DNA from: an uncultured Planctomycetaceae bacterium
GTDB taxonomy: Bacteria > Planctomycetota > Planctomycetia > Isosphaerales > Isosphaeraceae
Assembly: GCA_963833985.1 (NCBI GenBank)
Contig: CAWIAD010000001.1
Coordinates: 32,001 to 96,000, forward strand
Direction: 5' to 3'
Length of the DNA stretch: 64,000 bases
Shown: positions 21,315-32,052 of the stretch, in pieces
How the letters are laid out: every line of letters starts with the position of its first letter
Numbering within the stretch: position 1 is the stretch's first letter
Notes under the pieces: generated by a model
The model's input: the letters and a program-made list of their open reading frames with translations, nothing else
Told to the model about the DNA's origin: nothing
Database searches by the model: none
Program-made: the position numbers and the translations under genes

Positions 21315-22731
21315 ATGTCCATGAACCGTCTGGTCAGGTGCGGTGCCGGACTCCTCGGCGCGGCGCTGGCTGCGCTCCTGCTGCTGCTCTCATCCGACCC
21401 AGCCTCCGCCCAGGAGAAGGGCGCGGCCAGAGCGAACCCGCCCGGTCTCGCACCGGCCGGCTATAACGACTACCAGAACATGCTCGATCAGCTTGGCATC
21501 AAACGGATGCGCAGGGGACGCAATGCGCGCGTGCCGGACACGTCACGCGAGGCCACGGCGAACTCCTACAAGGAGACCATGCCAGACCTGATGACATTCC
21601 AGGATGGAACGAAGGTGACGTCTCCGGAGCAATGGCCGCGACGGCGGGCGGAGCTCGTCGAGTTGTTCGAGCGCGAGCTCTACGGCCGGATTCCCAGGGG
21701 CGTGCCACGGGTGGACTGGGAAGTCACACGCACGGTCGAGGGTAAGAGCGGCGAAATGGAAACGCTCACCAGGACCCTCGTCGGCCACGTCGACAACAGT
21801 TCGTTCCCGCAGATCAAGGTCGCAATCCAGGCCAGTTACACGGTGCCCCGGAACGCAAAGGGGCGCGTGCCGATGATCCTCCAGTTCGGCTTCGGGTTCG
21901 GAGGCCGGGCCGTGCCCAGCTCGTGGACTCAACAGGCCCTCGACAAGGGCTGGGGTCACGGCACCATCGTCCCCAACAGCATTCAGCCGGACAACAACAA
22001 GCTGCGCGAGGGCATCATTGGCCTTACGAACAAGGGCCTGCCGCGCAGCCCAGAGGACTGGGGTGCTCTGCGCCTGGGCCTGGGCCTGGGGCGTGAGCCG
22101 CCTGATCGACTACTTCGAGGCGAACTCCGACTCTGGGGTTGACCCGGCCAAGGTGTGCATCACGGGCGTGTCGCGCTACGGCAAAGCGGCGCTGGTCGCG
22201 ACGGCCTTTGACACGCGGGTCGCGGCAGGCTTCGTCGCCTCCTCCGGGGCGGGCGGCGCCAAGCTCTTTCGCCGCGACTTCGGTGAGCTGCTCGAGAACC
22301 TGGCGTCCTCAGGAGGATACCACTGGATGGCCGGCAATTTCCTGAAGTATGCCGCCGATGAGGGCGCGGCGGGCAAGAAGACGGCGGCGGATCTGCCCGT
22401 GGACCAGCATGAGCTGATTGCCCTGTGTGCCCCCCGGCCCTGCTTCATCAGTTATGGCGTCCCCCCGGGGGATCCCAACTGGGTGGACGCCCACGGCAGC
22501 TTCATGGCAGCGGTGCTGGCTGGTCCCGCCTACCGGCTGCTGGGCAAGAAAGACCTCGGCACGCCCGGCGATTACCTTACCGACCCCATGCCTCCGGTGA
22601 ACACGCTCATCGGCGGCGAGCTGGCCTGGCGGCAGCACAGCGGAGGACACACGAACGTTCCCAACTTCCCGGCATACTACGAGTGGGCCGGCCGCTCCAT
22701 TCCAGCGACGGGACCGGGCAAGCACGAGTGA
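21315..22731 (+). CDS. Carbohydrate esterase CE15 (glucuronoyl esterase-like), frameshift ~22080
   Basis: Signal peptide; WGAL..WAWGVSRLIDY split across frames; GVSRYGK nucleophile motif; DQHELIALCAPRP; HSGGH. Confidence 0.85.
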
Positions 22732-22873
22732 ACGTCCGCTACAGTACCAGGCAAATCAAGGGCAAAAGGGAGCGGGCGATCCACGCGGGCCTGGGGCATC
22801 CCGGGCGTGCGAGCGGCGGGAACAGGCCCGGGAGCCCGCAGACTTCACACACGTTTCTGAACCGGAAGCGACC

Positions 22874-23755
22874 ATGCACTTGAATCGCAGCGGGCACGCG
22901 CACGGCCGTACCAACCTGCGGCTGCTGGGGATCCTGTGGCTCTCGGTCTCCTGGCTTCAGGGCACGTTTGCCCAGGGGGTGGTTCGCGGTCCGGCCGCCG
23001 ATCAGCCGGTGGCCAGGAGAGACGCCAACTCCGCGCTGGCCCACGAGCAAATGCTCGCCAACGCGAAGAAAGGACGCATCGACGTCTATTTTGCCGGCGA
23101 CTCCATCACGCGCCGCTGGCGCGCCACCGACTACCCGGCTTTGCTGGCGAACTGGAACCACAATTTCTTCGGCTGGAACGCGGCCGACTTCGGCTGGGGC
23201 GGAGACACCGTCCAGAACATCCTCTGGCGATTGCACCATGGCGAGCTGGAGGGCGTCCACCCCAGGGTCATCGTCCTGCTGGCGGGAACCAATAACCTCG
23301 GAAACAGGCCCGCAAGTGAGGCCAGGGAAGACGAGGTCGTCCTCGGCATCAAGGCCGTGCTTCGCACCATGAGGGAATTGGCCCCCGACGCCACGATCAT
23401 CGTCATGGGGATCTTCCCGCGCAACGACGGGCCGCGGCCGACCGCGGTCATGCCGTCAATCCGCCGCATCAACGAACGCATCGCCAAAATGGCCGATGGC
23501 AAGACCGTCCGCTACCTGAACATCAACGACAGGCTGGCGGATGAGGATGGAAAACTCCTCGAGGGCATGACCGTGGACCGTCTACACCTCAGCCTCAAGG
23601 GTTACCAGATCTGGGCCGATGCCTTGAAGCCCCTGTTCACGGAACTGCTCGGCCCGCCGGCAAAGGAAGATCAGGCACCGCCGCCGACCGGCGACCCCAG
23701 TGCCGCCAGGAGGAAGCCTCCGGCGAAAAGTCCCGTCAGAACTCGAGGCGGATGA
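22874..23755 (+). CDS. GDSL/SGNH hydrolase
   Basis: GDSIT, GWGGD, GTNN, DRLHL blocks. Confidence 0.92.
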   Translation: MHLNRSGHAHGRTNLRLLGILWLSVSWLQGTFAQGVVRGPAADQPVARRDANSALAHEQMLANAKKGRIDVYFAGDSITRRWRATDYPALLANWNHNFFGWNAADFGWGGDTVQNILWRLHHGELEGVHPRVIVLLAGTNNLGNRPASEAREDEVVLGIKAVLRTMRELAPDATIIVMGIFPRNDGPRPTAVMPSIRRINERIAKMADGKTVRYLNINDRLADEDGKLLEGMTVDRLHLSLKGYQIWADALKPLFTELLGPPAKEDQAPPPTGDPSAARRKPPAKSPVRTRGG

Positions 23756-24096
23756 GCCTTCCGTTCGCGCACGGTACAGAACACTACCAGCTCCTGGTGC
23801 AGTTGCCGATCCGCCGGCCACGAGCGTGAAAGGTGATGCGGCACTGACAAGGACGCCCGGCCCTCTTCGTCCCTGTTTCGAGTGCAGCCAGACCACGGTG
23901 CGAAGCCCTCTCTTTTATCGGGCCGCGAGCTAGAGTTGATGATGAAGCGAATGCAGTCGCGACGCAGAGGGTACAGGCGGCGAGCGCCCGCGTTCGTCAA
24001 GGGAGCAGGGAGGAAACCACGGCAGATTCTTCGCGCAGGTCGGTGTGATGAGGCGCACCGTGGACCCCCAGCAACGGGCACTCCAGGAGGAAGTCC

Positions 24097-24804
24097 GTGA
24101 ACTTTTTCTATCTGGACGGTCCAGGGATCAGCGGGCTGTTCGAGCAGACCATCAACGACGTCGAAAACGAGTTCGATCGGCTTTACCGGGCCGATCCCAT
24201 CGGCAGCCTGCACGAGAAGACGGTCCTTGCCAGGCGACTGGGCGACCTGCTGGGAGTGGACCAGTTAACCACAGGCGGGACGTTCTGCCGGTCCAGGAAA
24301 TACATCGATGAGATCAAGGCCAAGTTGAGCGTCCAAAACAAGACGGTCCGGCTGCTCGACTATCAACGGGACGTCGAATCGGCAGCCAGGGCGTCGACGC
24401 TGGACCTGGCGATCCGCCGCTGGCGGTTCGGTGCGGCCAACCTGATTTGCGTGCACGAACACTTCCACATGCCGCAGTTCACCATGGGGCAGCGGAGCGA
24501 AGTCCTGGTCTACGCATCGGGCTTCTTGGAATTCGAGCTCGAGTTGCTGGTCGAAGCCGGCCTGGGCCGGAGGGGCTCAGCGATGGCCGCCACCGCGACC
24601 CTGACGCGCGAAAAACTGCTCGTGCTGATGTCGGCCAACCTCAGCAAGTTCCAGAACCTGCGGCAGGGGAAGATGACTCCCGAGAGCCCCGAAGCCCAGT
24701 ATTTTCACAGCTTCCAGGGAATGCGCGTGCCGCTCCACGTGCTGGGATCGCTCAACAAGTGCAAGGACGTATTCCGGATCAAGCCGCTGGCACTTTGGCG
24801 GTAG
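24097..24804 (+). CDS. Hypothetical protein
   Basis: 235-aa ORF with AGGAGG RBS and GTG start. N-terminal FFYLD...LFEQ and C-terminal IKPLAL loosely recall DUF6414-like proteins. Confidence 0.65.
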   Translation: MNFFYLDGPGISGLFEQTINDVENEFDRLYRADPIGSLHEKTVLARRLGDLLGVDQLTTGGTFCRSRKYIDEIKAKLSVQNKTVRLLDYQRDVESAARASTLDLAIRRWRFGAANLICVHEHFHMPQFTMGQRSEVLVYASGFLEFELELLVEAGLGRRGSAMAATATLTREKLLVLMSANLSKFQNLRQGKMTPESPEAQYFHSFQGMRVPLHVLGSLNKCKDVFRIKPLALWR

Positions 24805-26042
24805 CTCCGGCACTTTGGCGGGACTGCCTCAGGCAGGCCTCATATGCCGCGGGAAAAGGTGAGAGCGCGCGCTCGAAGATGCCCAGAGTGTACGCGATCG
24901 CCAGACCGTAATTGGTCACCGGCACGCCGACTGACCGGAAGCGCTCCAGCCGCGAGACCATTTCACGGCGGTTTTGAACGCAGGCACCGCAATGGATGAC
25001 GAGCTGGTAAGGGCTGAGATCTGGAGGCAGATCGTGACCCGAATAGTGTTCAAACTGAAGCGCTCCGCCGACGTATTGCGTGAGCCAGCGCGGGATCTTC
25101 ACCCGCCCGATGTCGTCGGCGATGGGATGGTGGCTGCACGCCTCGCACACGAGGACGCGATTCCCCGGCCGCAGCCGTTCAATGGCCGTGGCTCCCTGCG
25201 CCTGGAGCACCAGGTCTCCCTTCTGGCGCGAACAGAATTGAAAATGAGGTCAGGGGCACGCCCGGCGGCGTATCGGCCGACACCTTGAGAAATGCCTGCG
25301 AATCCGTAACCACCAGCGCGGGCGGCTCCCGGAGCTGAGCCAGCGCGCCTGCCAGCTCGCGCTCCTTCACCACCAGGGCCAAGGCGTCGTTGTCCAGCAA
25401 GTCACGGATGGTTTGCACCTGGGGCAGGATGAGGCGGCCCTTCGGTGCTTCCTTGTCGATCGGCGTCACCAGCACGACAAGTGCGCCCGGCGGAACCAGG
25501 TCGCCGACCAGCGGCGGTGGGGCCAGAAACTCCTCAGGCGCCACGCGGATCAGCGCCTCCCTCAGCTCGGCGAGGCCCTCGCGACGCGTTGCCGAGGTGC
25601 ACACCGTGCGCACTCCAGCCGACCCCAGGCGGGCGATCTCAGCCTGGCTCGGACGACCCAGGTCCGCCTTGTTGAAGGCAACGACCACCGGGGTCCGACG
25701 GTCCTGAAACTGGGTCAGAAGGCCTTCCTCGAACACGCCCCAGTCGTCCGCGGCCGCGACCAGAACCGCCACGTCGATCCGCTCGAACACGCGGCGAGTG
25801 CGGTGCACGCGCTGCTCTCCCAGATCCCCGACGTCATCGATGCCGGCCGTGTCGATGAACAGCACGGGACCCAGGGGCAATAGCTCCATGGGCTTCTCCA
25901 CCGGATCGGTCGTGGTGCCGGCCACGGCCGAGACAAGCGATACGTCCTGGCGCGAAAGCGCATTCAGAAGCGCGCTCTTGCCGACGTTGCGCCGGCCGAA
26001 AAGCCCGATGTGCAGGCGGTTGGCGTTGGGAGTTCGGAGCAT
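24779..26042 (-). CDS. hydF: [FeFe]-hydrogenase H-cluster maturation GTPase (frameshift ~25226)
   Basis: GRRNVGKS, GTTTDPV, DTAG, NKAD, APKGRLILPQVQ, TDSQAF. C-terminal EACSHH...HCGAC...TNYG in the second frame. Confidence 0.95.
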
Positions 26043-26086
26043 CTCTGGTGAGTCCTGGTGCGCCCGCTACGGCACGAACGCAGATG

Positions 26087-27499
26087 TCAAGGGGTGCCGC
26101 GCCCCGGGAGCTGGGAACCGAGCCTCATTACGGCTTGCGGGCTGACGTACTCGTCGAATTCCGCGCCCGAGAGCAGTCCCTGCTCAACCACCACGGATCG
26201 CAGGTTCCGTCCCTGCTGGCGGGCCAGCAGCGCAACGCCCTGCGCGGCTTCGTAGCCGAGCCGGCCGACCAGGGCCGTGGCCGTTGCCGTGGCTCCCTCA
26301 AGGTGCGAGCGGCAACGCGCCCGGTCCGCCGTGATGCCGTCGATGCAGCGGTCGGCCAGCAAGCTCGATGACCGGGTCAGCAGTTCCACCGCGGTCAGCA
26401 GGCTGTCGGCCACGAGCGGCAGCAGGTGGTTCAGCTCCAGGTTGCCCTGTGCGCAGGCCAGAAAGACCGTCTGGTCGCAGGCCGACGCGGCCCAGGCCGC
26501 CTGGATCACTCCCTCGGGAATGACCGGATTGACCTTTCCGGGCATGAGCGTCGAGCCCACCTGCACTGCCGGCAGGAGAATCTCGCCCAGGCCGGCATCG
26601 GGTCCGGATGCCAGCAGCCGCAGGTCGTTGGACACCTTGATCAGGCTGGCGGCGAGGGCACGGATGATGCCCGAAGCCTCCACGATCGCGTCCAGGTTCT
26701 GGGTGGCGTCAAGCAGGTTCTCGGCGCGGGCCAGGCCGAAACCGGTGATCTCCCGGAGATGCTCGATCACGCGGAAGATATAGGACCTTGGCGCTCCCAG
26801 GCCGGTCCCCACGGCGGTTCCTCCCAGGTTCACGACGCGCAGCCGTTCCGTGCACTTGGCGACACGCCAGCGATCTCGGGCGAACGCGTCGGCAAACGCG
26901 CCGAAGGCCCGGCCCAGGGTGATCGGCACGGCGTCCTGAAGCTGTGTGCGGGCCAGCTTGACGACGTCCGCGAACTCCTGCTCCTTGCGCTGGCACGATT
27001 CGGTCAGCCGCGTGACCGCGGATTCCAGGTTCCTGAGCTGATCCAGGGCGGCCACCCTGAGCGCCGTGGGGTAGGTGTCGTTCGTGGACTGGTGCAGGTT
27101 GACCTGCGCGGGGCCAAGATGCTTGTGATCGCCGGGGGCAAGACCCGCGATCTGTAGCGCGCGGTTGGCGAGCACTTCATTGACGTTCATGTTCGTGGAG
27201 GTGCCGGCTCCTCCCTGAAGCGCGTCGACGATCACATGGGCGTCCAGCGCGCCGGACATCATCTCCCGGCACGCGGCTTCCAGAGGGCGGGTCATCGCCG
27301 CGGGCAGGTAGCCCAGCTCGGCGTTGGTGCGCGCGCACGCGAGCTTCACGGCGCCGAAGCCGCGCACCAGGGAGCGATGCACGGGCCGGCCGGAAAGGGG
27401 AAAGTTCTCGACCGCCCGGCAGGTGGCGATGCCGTAGAGCGCCTCGGCGGGGACCTCCCGCATACCCAGCATGTCGCATTCCATCCGGACTGCCGTCAT
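26087..27499 (-). CDS. aspA: Aspartate ammonia-lyase (fumarase/aspartase superfamily)
   Basis: QGGAGTSTNMNVNEV, QSTND, RTQLQDAVP, GSTLMPGKVNPV. Confidence 0.88.
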   Translation of the reverse strand: MTAVRMECDMLGMREVPAEALYGIATCRAVENFPLSGRPVHRSLVRGFGAVKLACARTNAELGYLPAAMTRPLEAACREMMSGALDAHVIVDALQGGAGTSTNMNVNEVLANRALQIAGLAPGDHKHLGPAQVNLHQSTNDTYPTALRVAALDQLRNLESAVTRLTESCQRKEQEFADVVKLARTQLQDAVPITLGRAFGAFADAFARDRWRVAKCTERLRVVNLGGTAVGTGLGAPRSYIFRVIEHLREITGFGLARAENLLDATQNLDAIVEASGIIRALAASLIKVSNDLRLLASGPDAGLGEILLPAVQVGSTLMPGKVNPVIPEGVIQAAWAASACDQTVFLACAQGNLELNHLLPLVADSLLTAVELLTRSSSLLADRCIDGITADRARCRSHLEGATATATALVGRLGYEAAQGVALLARQQGRNLRSVVVEQGLLSGAEFDEYVSPQAVMRLGSQLPGRGTP

Positions 27500-27542
27500 G
27501 GTCTGGCCTCGCAGTGCAAGACGCGCGGCGCTTGCTCTGGCG

Positions 27543-29055
27543 CTAGAAGAAGAGATCGCGCTCGTCCGTGTTGCGGATCCGCGCCAGCCGGCTGCCGAGT
27601 CTCGCGTTTCAGCTCGCCGTCGGGCAGGGCGTTCAGCTCGCGCGTGAGCATTTGCTCGCCGGCCGCTCGGGTGGACGGGCTCGCGTAATCGACCAGGTAT
27701 TCCAGCAGCGTGCTCAGCGCGTTGGGCGTACACAGCCGCTCGATGAAGCCGGGGATGGCGAACTCCATGAAATGTTCGCCCGTCCGGCCCAGACGATAGC
27801 AGGCCGTGCAAAAGCTGGGGATGTAGTCGTCGTCGAGCAGCTGGCGGACGACCTCGTCCAGCGTGCGGACGTCGCCGAGCTCGAACTGCTCGCGCTCGCG
27901 GACCTGCTGCTGGGAGTCTCCGGCCTCGGTGTAGCCGCCAAGCTCGATGCGGCTGCCGGCGTCGATCTGGGAGACGCCAAAGCCCATGATCTCGTTCCGC
28001 AGCGCGGCCGGCTCACGGGCCGTAAGGATCATGCCCGTGTACGGAACGCTGAGCCGCAGGATCGCGACCACGCGCTTGAAGTCCTCGTCGGAGACCAGAC
28101 AGCGGCTGTTGGAGGCAACCCCTGAGGCCGGGCGCAGCCGTGGAAAGCTGATCGTGTGCGGGCCGCAGTTGTAGCGTTCCTGGAGGAAGCGGGCATGCGC
28201 CACCAGGCCGAGGACCTCGAACCGCCAGTCATACAGTCCGAAGAGCGCGCCCAAGCCCACGTCGTCCAGCCCCGCTTCCATGGCGCGCGAGAGGGCGTCG
28301 AGCCGCCACAGGTAGTCGGCCTTGCGCGTGCCGGCGGCGTGGACGGCCGCGAAAGTGGCGTGGTGGTAGGTCTCCTGGAAGACCTGGTAGGTGCCAATTC
28401 CGGCTTCCTTCACCACGCGGTAGCCCGCGTGGTCAAGCGGAGCGGCGTTGATGTTGACGCGGCGGATCTCCCCCTTCCCCCGCGTCGTTCCGTAAACGAC
28501 GCGTACCGTCTCGGCGATGAACGCGGGGTCGTACTTCGGGTGCTCTCCGAAGACGAGGATCAGCCGCTTGTGGCCGCTGTCTTCCACGGCCTCAACCTGC
28601 GCACGGACCTGGCCCAGGTCAAGCGTGCGGCGGACCGCGTCGATGTTGGACCTGCGGAACCCACAATAGTCGCAATCGTTCACGCAGTAATTGCCGATGT
28701 AGAGCGGCGCGAAGAGAACGATCCGGCGCCCGTACACGTCGCGCTTGAGCTGCCGTGCGGCGTCGAAGATCTCGGCAATGAGGTCCGGGTCGGTCGCGCT
28801 TAGAAGCACCGCGGTCTCGGCGAGCGTGAGCGGCTGCTTCTCCATGCTCCGGGCGATCACTTCGCGCACCTGCCGACGATCCGCCTTGTCGCTCAGCAAG
28901 CCGGTGAGTTCATCGTCGTTGATGAAGTCAACGGCGTGGTCGCTCAGAGCAGCGAGGCTCGGCAGGCCCCGGCCAGCGCGGGGGCCCGGTCGGGCGGCCG
29001 GCCCAGCAGCCGGCGGTAATGGTAAGGGGTTCACAATCGGAAGTTGGTAGTTCAT
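27543..29055 (-). CDS. hydG: [FeFe]-hydrogenase maturation radical SAM protein (frameshift ~27590)
   Basis: CVNDCDYC radical SAM motif, GPHTISFPR, C-terminal CTAC-x22-C cluster motif. The canonical ERDLFF end is in an adjacent frame, stopping at 27543. Confidence 0.95.
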
Positions 29056-30144
29056 GTCTGGATACCTAGATTGTTCTGAACCTGGGCTCTTGCTCGGTCC
29101 TGGTAGTTAGGCGAATGGCCGTGGCCGCGACCGACCACACGGCCGATCGACCGGATGCGCCCGTGCAGGCAGCCGTGACAGGCCTGAGCCGAGTCGTCGA
29201 CGCATGCCTTGTTGGGATAGATCTCGTACGCTTTGCGATAGACCATGGGAGTGACGTTCGGCATGACCACGTTTGCGCCGCACTGGAGACCGCGCTCGCG
29301 GCCGCTCGCCGGGTTGAGTGTGGCTAATGCCGTGGTGCTGGGGAGGTTCGCGCGGGGACAGACCAGTCGAGCCAGCGCGATCGTCTTCAAGGTCGTGGTC
29401 TCATCGGCGGGCACCTGGCGGTGCGTCGGGAGTACCCAGCGGCGCACGTCCCGTCCCATGGGGGTCTCGGGGTGTGGGAGATAAGGACCCACCCCGATCA
29501 TGTCCAGGTCGAGGGCCCGCATCAGCTCCAGGTCCGCGGCCAGATCGTCCCAGGACTGACCCGGAATGCCGACCATGACGCCGCTTCCGACCTCATAGCC
29601 CAGGTCGCGTAGGCCCATCAGCAGAGAGATCCGGCTGGCTGGCTGGCTCGCGTGCGGGGGGTGAATCGCCTGGAAGAGCGTGGGATTGGAGGTCTCGAAC
29701 CGCAGCAGGTAGCGATCGGCCCCGGCCTGGCGCCACGCCGCCAGCTCATCGATCCGCCGTTCTCCCAGGCTGAGTGTGACGGCCAGCGGAGTGTGCTCCT
29801 TGATCTCCCGGATGCGATTCGCGACCCAGCGCATATCGAGTCCCGGATCCTCACCCGCCTGGAGCACGACAGTTCCGTAGCCGAGTGAGGCGGCCGTCGC
29901 GGCGGATTGCATCACCTCGGCGGCCGTCATCCGGTACCGCCCGAGCGTGCGGTTGCCGGCGCAGGCCGCAGTAGACGCAGGCGCGCCGGCAGTGATTGGA
30001 GAGCTCGACCAGCCCGCGGAGGTGAACGGCCTGGCCTACGTGCTCGCAACGGACGACGTCGGCCCGGGCGAAAAGCTGGTTCTGCCGCCCTGGATCGGGG
30101 CTCGTCAGAAGCTCGAGAACCTCGGTTCGAGAGATGACGTCCAT
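29052..30144 (-). CDS. hydE: [FeFe]-hydrogenase maturation radical SAM protein (frameshift ~29960)
   Basis: VHLRGLVELSNHCRRACVYCGLR, then RYLLRFETSN, MIGVGPYLPHPETP, GANVVMPN, YEIYPNK. ATGA overlap with hydG. Confidence 0.93.
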
Positions 30145-30183
30145 TGCGCCTTCCAGCTTCGGGCCCGGGTGCGGGAATGCGGG

Positions 30184-31920
30184 TCAGTGCCGACCGTCGG
30201 TTTTGTGCGACAGGTTCCGTTCCAGGATCTCGACGACGCGCTCGCCCAGACCTTCGACCTCGGTGACGACCGCCGAGAAAGCCTCCTGAAGCTTCTTCGA
30301 GCACGGCTCGATGACTTCCGCTTCCTTTCGTATGCCACCGGCCAGGTCGCGCACGGCGCTGCTGACGACGGAAAACGCAGCCCCGGCCTGGCCGGCGCGT
30401 GCCGCCTCGATCCGAGCGTTCAGGGCCACAATGTGGGTCTGTCGCGAGAGATCGACGATCGAATCGGCCACCCGTCCCAGCTCGTTGGTCGACTGCGATG
30501 CATCGGTGACCTTGGCGACCGTGCCCTCGAAGTTGGCGATCACTTCCTTCAGTGCGGCCGCGCGCCGCTCCTGGTCTCGATTGATCGTTCCCAGGAAATA
30601 GACACAGTGTTCGCGGCGATTCAGCCCGTTGTGCACGGCGATCGCCATCGCCTCGCACGATCCGTAGCCACAGGCGCCGCAGTTGAGCAGGTCTTCCGGC
30701 CCAAACTTGCTCATGCTTTGGTAGACGGCCTGTAGCTCGGACTGGCTGGGCTTCTTGAGCTTCACCGAGGCCGATCGATCGACGTACGAGCGCTGGAAGC
30801 CCGCGGGATCATCACGCTCACGCAGCAGGCTGGCCACTGCCGCCTGGCAATCCTCATCGCTGGCCTTTTCTCCGGCGTACCGCTCCCGCGCCTCCCTCGC
30901 GCGCTGAGTGACGTAGCTTTCGATTCGATCGATGCCGACCGTGCGTGCCGGCGTGCCCGTACCACCGTTGCACCCTTTCTCGCAACTCAGGCAATCCACC
31001 AGCAGCGGAGCGATGCCCTCGCGGACCGCGCATGGCAGATCGTCAAGATAATGATAGACTCCAGGAGTGCCCTCGATCTTGCGGGTGGCGCGGGAGGCAT
31101 CGCGGCTCCAGCGCTCGAGCGTGTCACGCAGCCCACCGGGCGACGAGAAGAGCACGGCTCGCTCCGCCGGCGGACCGTCGAAGTCGGTGGCCGGGTAGCG
31201 CGAAAGCTCCACCCCGCGCGCCGTGAAGTGCTCTGCGAGCGACCTCATGGTCACGTTGTAATCGCCCAGACCGGTCTCGTCGTACTCTCGCCGCTTGGCG
31301 ATGCACGGAGAGATGACCGCGATTCTGTGACCGAGGTACTGCGGGTACTGGTTTCGCACCATCCGCATGGAGTGCTGCATCGGGCTGCCGGCCGGTGCCA
31401 GGTAAGGCAGTAGCTCGGGCCGGTACAGCTCGATGTACGTGACGATCGCCGGGCAGGGCTGCGCCACCACCGTCGTGGCGTGGCTCTCCGAGATGTGCCG
31501 CAAGTAGCTCTGGACAGTCAGCTCGGCTCCGAAGCTGACGTCGAAGATCGCGCTGACTCCGGACTGCTTGAGCCAGCCGTTGAAGTTGAGGTACTGGTGC
31601 GGGAATGCGGCCGCCACCGCCGGCGCAACCACGGCAATCATCCGTACGCCAGCTTGCAGGTCCCTCCAGAACGCCTCAAAGTCATCCATCGGAAAGTGCG
31701 CACCGTGCTGGCATGCATCAATGCAACTGCCGCAGCCGATGCAAAGCTCAGGGTTGATTTCGACTGCATCGCCGGACGCCACGTTGCAGTACTTGACGGG
31801 GCAGGCGGTAATACAGGCATGGCAATTGACGCACCGCTCCGCGTCGACCCCCACCACGGCAGTCAACCCCTGCTGGGTAAGGTGCGGGCTGCTCGATTGG
31901 GATGCGATCGTTGATGACAT
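30184..31920 (-). CDS. Sensory-type [FeFe]-hydrogenase fused to a methyl-accepting chemotaxis signalling domain (group C, chemotaxis-linked)
   Basis: 2x[4Fe-4S] motifs (CVNCHACITACP, CIGCGSCIDAC); H-cluster motifs AQPCPA, SPCIAKRRE, CLSCEKGCNGG; Cx2Cx4Cx16C FeS motif; C-terminal QTHIVALNARIEAARAG MCP tip. Confidence 0.9.
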   Translation of the reverse strand: MSSTIASQSSSPHLTQQGLTAVVGVDAERCVNCHACITACPVKYCNVASGDAVEINPELCIGCGSCIDACQHGAHFPMDDFEAFWRDLQAGVRMIAVVAPAVAAAFPHQYLNFNGWLKQSGVSAIFDVSFGAELTVQSYLRHISESHATTVVAQPCPAIVTYIELYRPELLPYLAPAGSPMQHSMRMVRNQYPQYLGHRIAVISPCIAKRREYDETGLGDYNVTMRSLAEHFTARGVELSRYPATDFDGPPAERAVLFSSPGGLRDTLERWSRDASRATRKIEGTPGVYHYLDDLPCAVREGIAPLLVDCLSCEKGCNGGTGTPARTVGIDRIESYVTQRAREARERYAGEKASDEDCQAAVASLLRERDDPAGFQRSYVDRSASVKLKKPSQSELQAVYQSMSKFGPEDLLNCGACGYGSCEAMAIAVHNGLNRREHCVYFLGTINRDQERRAAALKEVIANFEGTVAKVTDASQSTNELGRVADSIVDLSRQTHIVALNARIEAARAGQAGAAFSVVSSAVRDLAGGIRKEAEVIEPCSKKLQEAFSAVVTEVEGLGERVVEILERNLSHKTDGRH

Positions 31921-32036
31921 GTTCGCGGCTCCGCTTGCTTGATCCAGCGCGCTGCAACTTCGGGGCGTCAGGCTGGATTGAGGAGAACAGTCATACCAAC
32001 CGTAGAACAATCTCCTGATGACGGGTCAGGGGAACG

Positions 32037-32052
32037 CCTGATGCTCATCAGG
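32037..32052. promoter_or_regulatory. Candidate operator palindrome in the hyd/che divergent intergenic region
   Basis: CCTGATG-CT-CATCAGG perfect 7-bp inverted repeat, next to an AT-rich tract (32053-32087). Confidence 0.35.

Noticed and set aside
27543..29055. Thiazole biosynthesis ThiH
   Set aside because: It has the HydG-specific C-terminal CxxC-x22-C extension and sits among hyd genes.
29052..30144. Biotin synthase BioB
   Set aside because: HydE-type motifs, adjacency to hydG/hydF and absence of bio genes favour hydE.
30184..31920. Catalytic H2-evolving group A hydrogenase
   Set aside because: It lacks the proton-transfer Cys and both active-site Met residues, and is fused to an MCP tip.
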